Shown piece after piece: positions 57,715 to 64,000 of a stretch of 64,000 nt of DNA. Within the stretch, counting starts at the first letter, position 1. Each line of letters starts with the position of its first letter. Below the pieces are notes generated by a model. That model was not told the DNA's origin. It worked only from the letters and a program-made list of their open reading frames with translations, and searched no databases. Origin of the DNA: the human T2T-CHM13v2.0 reference genome, Homo sapiens; assembly GCF_009914755.1 (NCBI RefSeq), contig NC_060931.1; one strand, written 5' to 3'. The translations under genes were made by a program, and so were the position numbers.

Positions 57715-58924
57715 TCAGCATAACGAGGGACATACTAGCACAAAGTAAAGACAACTCTAGAGAATACACAACTAGCAGAGGCCAGGCACTGTGGCTCATG
57801 CCTGTAATCCCAGCAATTTGGGAAGCCTAGGCAGGAGGATCACTTGAGGCCAGGAGTTGGAGACCTGTCAGCACAACACAGTGAGACTATATGTCTACCA
57901 AAAAAAAAGAAAAATATTAGCCAGGCGTGGTGGTAGTGCACACCTGTAATTCCAGCTACTTGGGAGTCTGGGGTGGGAGGATCCCTTGAGGCTGGGAAGT
58001 CTACACTACAGTGAGCCAAGATCATGCCACTGCACTCCAGCCTGGGCGACAGAGTGAGACCCTGTCTTAGAAAGAAAAAGAAAAGAAAGTGTTAATCCCC
58101 CTAAGGGAATCTCCTCTTCTCCTGCCCTCTCTGGAACCTCACTTGTCAGTTCTTCCTCCCACTTTCCTGTATCTTTAACCTATCCCCCACTTTTAGCACC
58201 TTCCCACCATCATTTAAATTACTCCAACTTCTTCTGTTTTAAAAACCTCTCCCTCAACTCAGTGAGAGGTCTCCTGCACACCCACTGAACCACCTGCTCC
58301 CCCCGGTGACTTCTCTACAGAAGCCTGAGCCATGTCTCTAATCCATGAATCTCATCATGTTACTTCCCCATTTACATCACTTCTCCTTGCCTCGGGGATT
58401 AAGTCCAAACTCCTTAACAGCCCCCGCTCTGCCCTGCCTTGCAAGGCAGCCTCACTGCTTGCCCCTCTCCATTTCACCTGCTATGGAGTCCAACTGAGCC
58501 TCATCTGCCCCCTGAATGCACACTCTTTCTCCTCTGGGAGTCTCTGAAGTGGGTGATATCCTCTGCTTATAATACGCTTCCCCTTAAACCTCTACTCTCT
58601 TCCTGGCTAGCTTCAGCTCCTCTGTCACTTGTCCGCGTTGGCATCACCTCCTCATGGAAGACTTCCTTGACTCCCCAGATTCTCAGGAGCATGGCAGGTG
58701 AGGTGCTCCTCCCATGAATGGATGGAGATTACAGAGTGTGTGTTATTCATGCTTAATTCACCAGTGCTTAGCTCAGTACCTGGCACAAGTTACTGTGGTG
58801 GACAAAGTAATAACCCCCCACCCTGCCAACTAATTGCTCATGTCCTATGTTACACAGCACAATTACATAGGAAGGGGGAATTAAGAGTGCAGATAAAATT
58901 AATGTTGCTCATCAGCTGACCTTA

Positions 58925-59182
<258 letters not shown>

Positions 59183-59430
59183 CTACTGGGAAGGCTGACG
59201 TGGTAGGATTGCTTGAGCCTGGGAGTTTGAGGCTACAGTGAGCCATGATTGGACCACTGAACTCCATCCTGAGTGACAGGGCAAGGTCCTGTTTCTAAAG
59301 AAAAAAAGGACATTGGAATCAGGGTCCCCTCCATCCTAAGGTGGCTACAAGGCATCTCTCTCTGCAAATGAGTAAACATCATCCTCCAACTCCTCACGGA
59401 GTGGAGCAGAAGGAAAACTCCCTCACCTCA

Positions 59431-59886
<456 letters not shown>

Positions 59887-60021
59887 CTAATTTTTAAATA
59901 TTCTGTAGAGACGAGGTCTTGCTAGGTTGCCCAGGCTGGTCTAAAACTCCTGGCATCAGGCCAGGCGTGGTGGCTCATGCCTGCAATCCCAGCACTTTGG
60001 GAGGCCAAGGCAGGCAAATCA

Positions 60022-60291
<270 letters not shown>

Positions 60292-60409
60292 TCAAAAGAT
60301 CTTCCTATCTCACCCTCCCACCCTCCCAATGCCCTGGGATTATATTTTTTGTTTAATATAATTGAAGACACTTGTTCTTATACTGCTTTAAGATATAAAG
60401 AAAAAAAAA

Positions 60410-61298
60410 CAGATAATAACAAATGTTGGTGAAGGCTGGGCACAGTGGCTTAGCCTGTAATTCCAGAACTTTGGGAGGCTGAGGTGGGCAGATCACTTGA
60501 GGCCAGGAGTAAGAGACCAGCCTGGGCAACATGGTAAAACCCCATCACTACAAAAAAAATATAAAAATTAGCCAGGCATGGTGGCATGCACCTGTAATTA
60601 TCAGCTACTCAGGAGGCTGAGATGAGAAAATCACTTGTGCCTGGGAGGTCAAGGCTCCAGTGAACTGTGATGGCGTCACTGTGCTGCAGCCTGAGAGACA
60701 GAGCAAGCCCGTCTAGAAAAAAAAAAAAAAAAAAAAAAAAGTCAGCAAAGATGTGTAGGAATTGGAACCCACATACATTACTGGTGGGAACATAAAATCG
60801 TGTAACCACGCTTTTCTTGTCATTTTAATTGGATTTTTTTTTAATCAAGACAGAGTCTTGCTATCTTGCCCAGGCTGATCTTGAACTTGTGGGCTCAAGC
60901 CATCCTCCCAACTGAGCCTCCTGAGTAGCTGGGACTACAGGTGTGAGCCATCACACTCAACTGGTGTAGCTATTTTAGAAGACAAACTGGCAGTTTCTCA
61001 AAAGGCTAAACATACAGTCATCATATAATGCAACAATTTCACTCCTAGGCATATATCCCAGAGAAATAGAAATATATGTCCACACAAAAACTTGTACAGC
61101 AATCTTCATAGCAGCATTGTTCGTAATAGCCAATACGTGGAAACAACCCAAATGTCCATCAACTGATGAACAGATAAACAAAATGCAGTGTGTCTCTACC
61201 ATGGAATATTATTCAGCCACAGAAGAAATGAAATACTGATACACACTATGACATAAAGGAACTTTGAAAACATTGTGCTAAGAGGGAAAAAAAAGCCA
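60410..61298 (+). mobile_element. Old LINE-1 3' fragments interrupted by Alus
   Basis: aacaacccaaatgtccatcaactgatgaacagataaacaaaatg; ends abruptly at ~61298. Confidence 0.75.
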
Positions 61299-61354
61299 GT
61301 GCGTCTACAGGTGAATGCCACCGTGCCCAGCTAATTAAAGAATTTTTTTTCTGA

Positions 61355-61671
<317 letters not shown>

Positions 61672-62543
61672 TAATAGAGACGGGGTTTCACCATGTTAGC
61701 CAGGATGGTCTCAATCTCCTGACCTTGTGATCCACCTGCCTCAGCCTCTCAAAGTGCTGGGATTACAGGCATGAGTCACCGCGCCTGGCCCACCATGCCT
61801 AATTTTAAAAAAAAAAATTTTTTTATAGACATAGCATCTCACTACGTTGCCCAGGCTGGTCTTGAACTTGTGGGCTTAAGTGACCAATTTTCACAACTCA
61901 GCCTCCCAAAGTGTTGGAATTATAGGTTTGAGACACTATACCCAGCCTTTAAGAATCTTCTTGTAGAGATGGAATCTTGCTGTGTTGCCCAGGCTGTTCT
62001 CAAGCTCCTTGCCTCAAGTGATTTTCTACCTTGGCCTCCCAAAGTGCTGGAATTAAAGGCATGGACTGTGTGGTTCTTCTGGCACTTACACGTGGTCTTG
62101 TCTGGCCGGTTGTCTGGTCCTGTCTGTTTCTGCCTTTCCTCTTTCTCCAGGGAAAACCTAAGCTTTCCTTTTTGTCCTCATCTTGTGTTTTTCTGGGTCC
62201 ATGGGCAGAGTAGAGTTCTAGAATGGTTTCCTAAAGCAGCCAAGCCCTACCCATTGATTTCTAAGTACATTTAGAAAAACACATATAAGGCTGGGCATGG
62301 TGGCTCACGCCTGTAATCCCAGCACTTTGGGAGGCCGAAGTGGATGGATCACCAGGTCAGGAGTTCGAGACCAGGCTAACCAACATGATGAAACCCTGTC
62401 TCTACTAAAAATACAAAAATTAAGCCGGGCACGGTAGCTCACGTCTGTAATCCCAGCACTTTGGGAGGCCAAGATGGGTGTATCACCTGAGGTCAGGAGT
62501 TCGAGACCAGCCTGGCCAACATGGTGAAACCCAGTCTCTACTA

Positions 62544-62678
<135 letters not shown>

Positions 62679-62763
62679 CTAGGGCAACAGAGCAAGATTC
62701 CATCTCAAAAAAAAAAAAAAAAAAAAATTAGCCGGGCATTGTGGCATGGGCCTATAATACTCA

Positions 62764-62868
<105 letters not shown>

Positions 62869-63056
62869 TCAAAAAATAAAGAGAAAAACATATAGAAAAC
62901 ATTAACACCCCAGGCAGTATACCTTGTCAAACATACCTCAGGCAAATGCATTCAGGAGAAGAAAATACATCTTATTTCCCTCTTCATGTTTCGTTTTTTT
63001 TTTTTTGTTTTCTTTTGTATTACTCAGTGTTGGGTATTTTGTATTTTATTTTGCAG

Positions 63057-63202
63057 GGAGCTGGTAAGTCGCCTACAGGAGCGAAATGTTCAGGTTTTCC
63101 TAATATCTGGTGGCTTTAGGAGTATTATAGAGCATGTTGCTTCAAAGCTCAATATCCCAGCAACCAATGTATTTGCCAGTAGGCTGAAATTCTACCTTAA
63201 TG
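63057..63202 (+). pseudogene. PSPHP1: Isolated PSPH (phosphoserine phosphatase)-like exon, 146 bp
   Basis: ttgcag|GGAGCTG...CTTAATG|gtaag; encodes ELVSRLQERNVQVFLISGGFRSIIEHVASKLNIPATNVFASRLKFYLN (HAD motif II region); no upstream DxDST exon in the window. Confidence 0.88.
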
Positions 63203-63287
63203 GTAAGATGTTAACGGTAACATGTTCCCTTTCTTAGCAGTTCCATTATTCAGTATTCTGGGTAATGTCTTTTGGAATGCAACTTGA

Positions 63288-63631
<344 letters not shown>

Positions 63632-63809
63632 GAGATGAATGGTTCTCTTAATTGATGTCTTTTGCCCTTTGGTACCCTTTGCTCAGCAAAACAGACTTAG
63701 ATCATCACCTGTCTTAGCTTTATTATCTATAACATCACCTGTCTGTACATAAATGTCTGCATTTCGTGAAACATTAATTCCTACATAGCCCCTATGACTT
63801 ACTTTGCTA

Positions 63810-63998
<189 letters not shown>

Positions 63999-64000
63999 TA

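Overview
Primate, almost certainly human, Alu-saturated DNA with no intact conventional protein-coding gene. The window is a mosaic of duplicated blocks. The gene order matches my recollection of 7p11.2 (FKBP9P1 - SUMO2P3 - CICP11 - PSPHP1); I could not verify this. (1) About 1-29.6 kb is a minus-strand unprocessed FKBP9 copy. Four constitutive exons (146/190/146/190 bp) and a 159-bp L2-derived cassette exon are present with GT-AG sites, there is one nonsense codon, and exon 1 and its CpG island are missing. An inverted AluY fusion at ~29.57 kb may be the scar of that loss. (2) A full-length SUMO2 retrocopy still has an open 95-codon ORF. (3) A CIC retrocopy is internally scrambled by a large deletion, two inverted inserts and a duplication. 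(4) A 7.4-kb GC-rich degenerate ~31-bp satellite holds two 49/33-bp minisatellite arrays, each forming the loop of a ~290-bp inverted repeat; this resembles the teucer/ajax TELO composite described for T2T-CHM13. (5) A TE-rich composite contains an old internal duplication whose 69-bp AP-1/NR/ETS/STAT cassette is 100% identical between copies. (6) One isolated PSPH-like exon lies near the right end. Most ORFs in the supplied track are Alu, microsatellite or GC-repeat artefacts. Comparisons to parent genes and repeat consensi come from memory, not from alignments.
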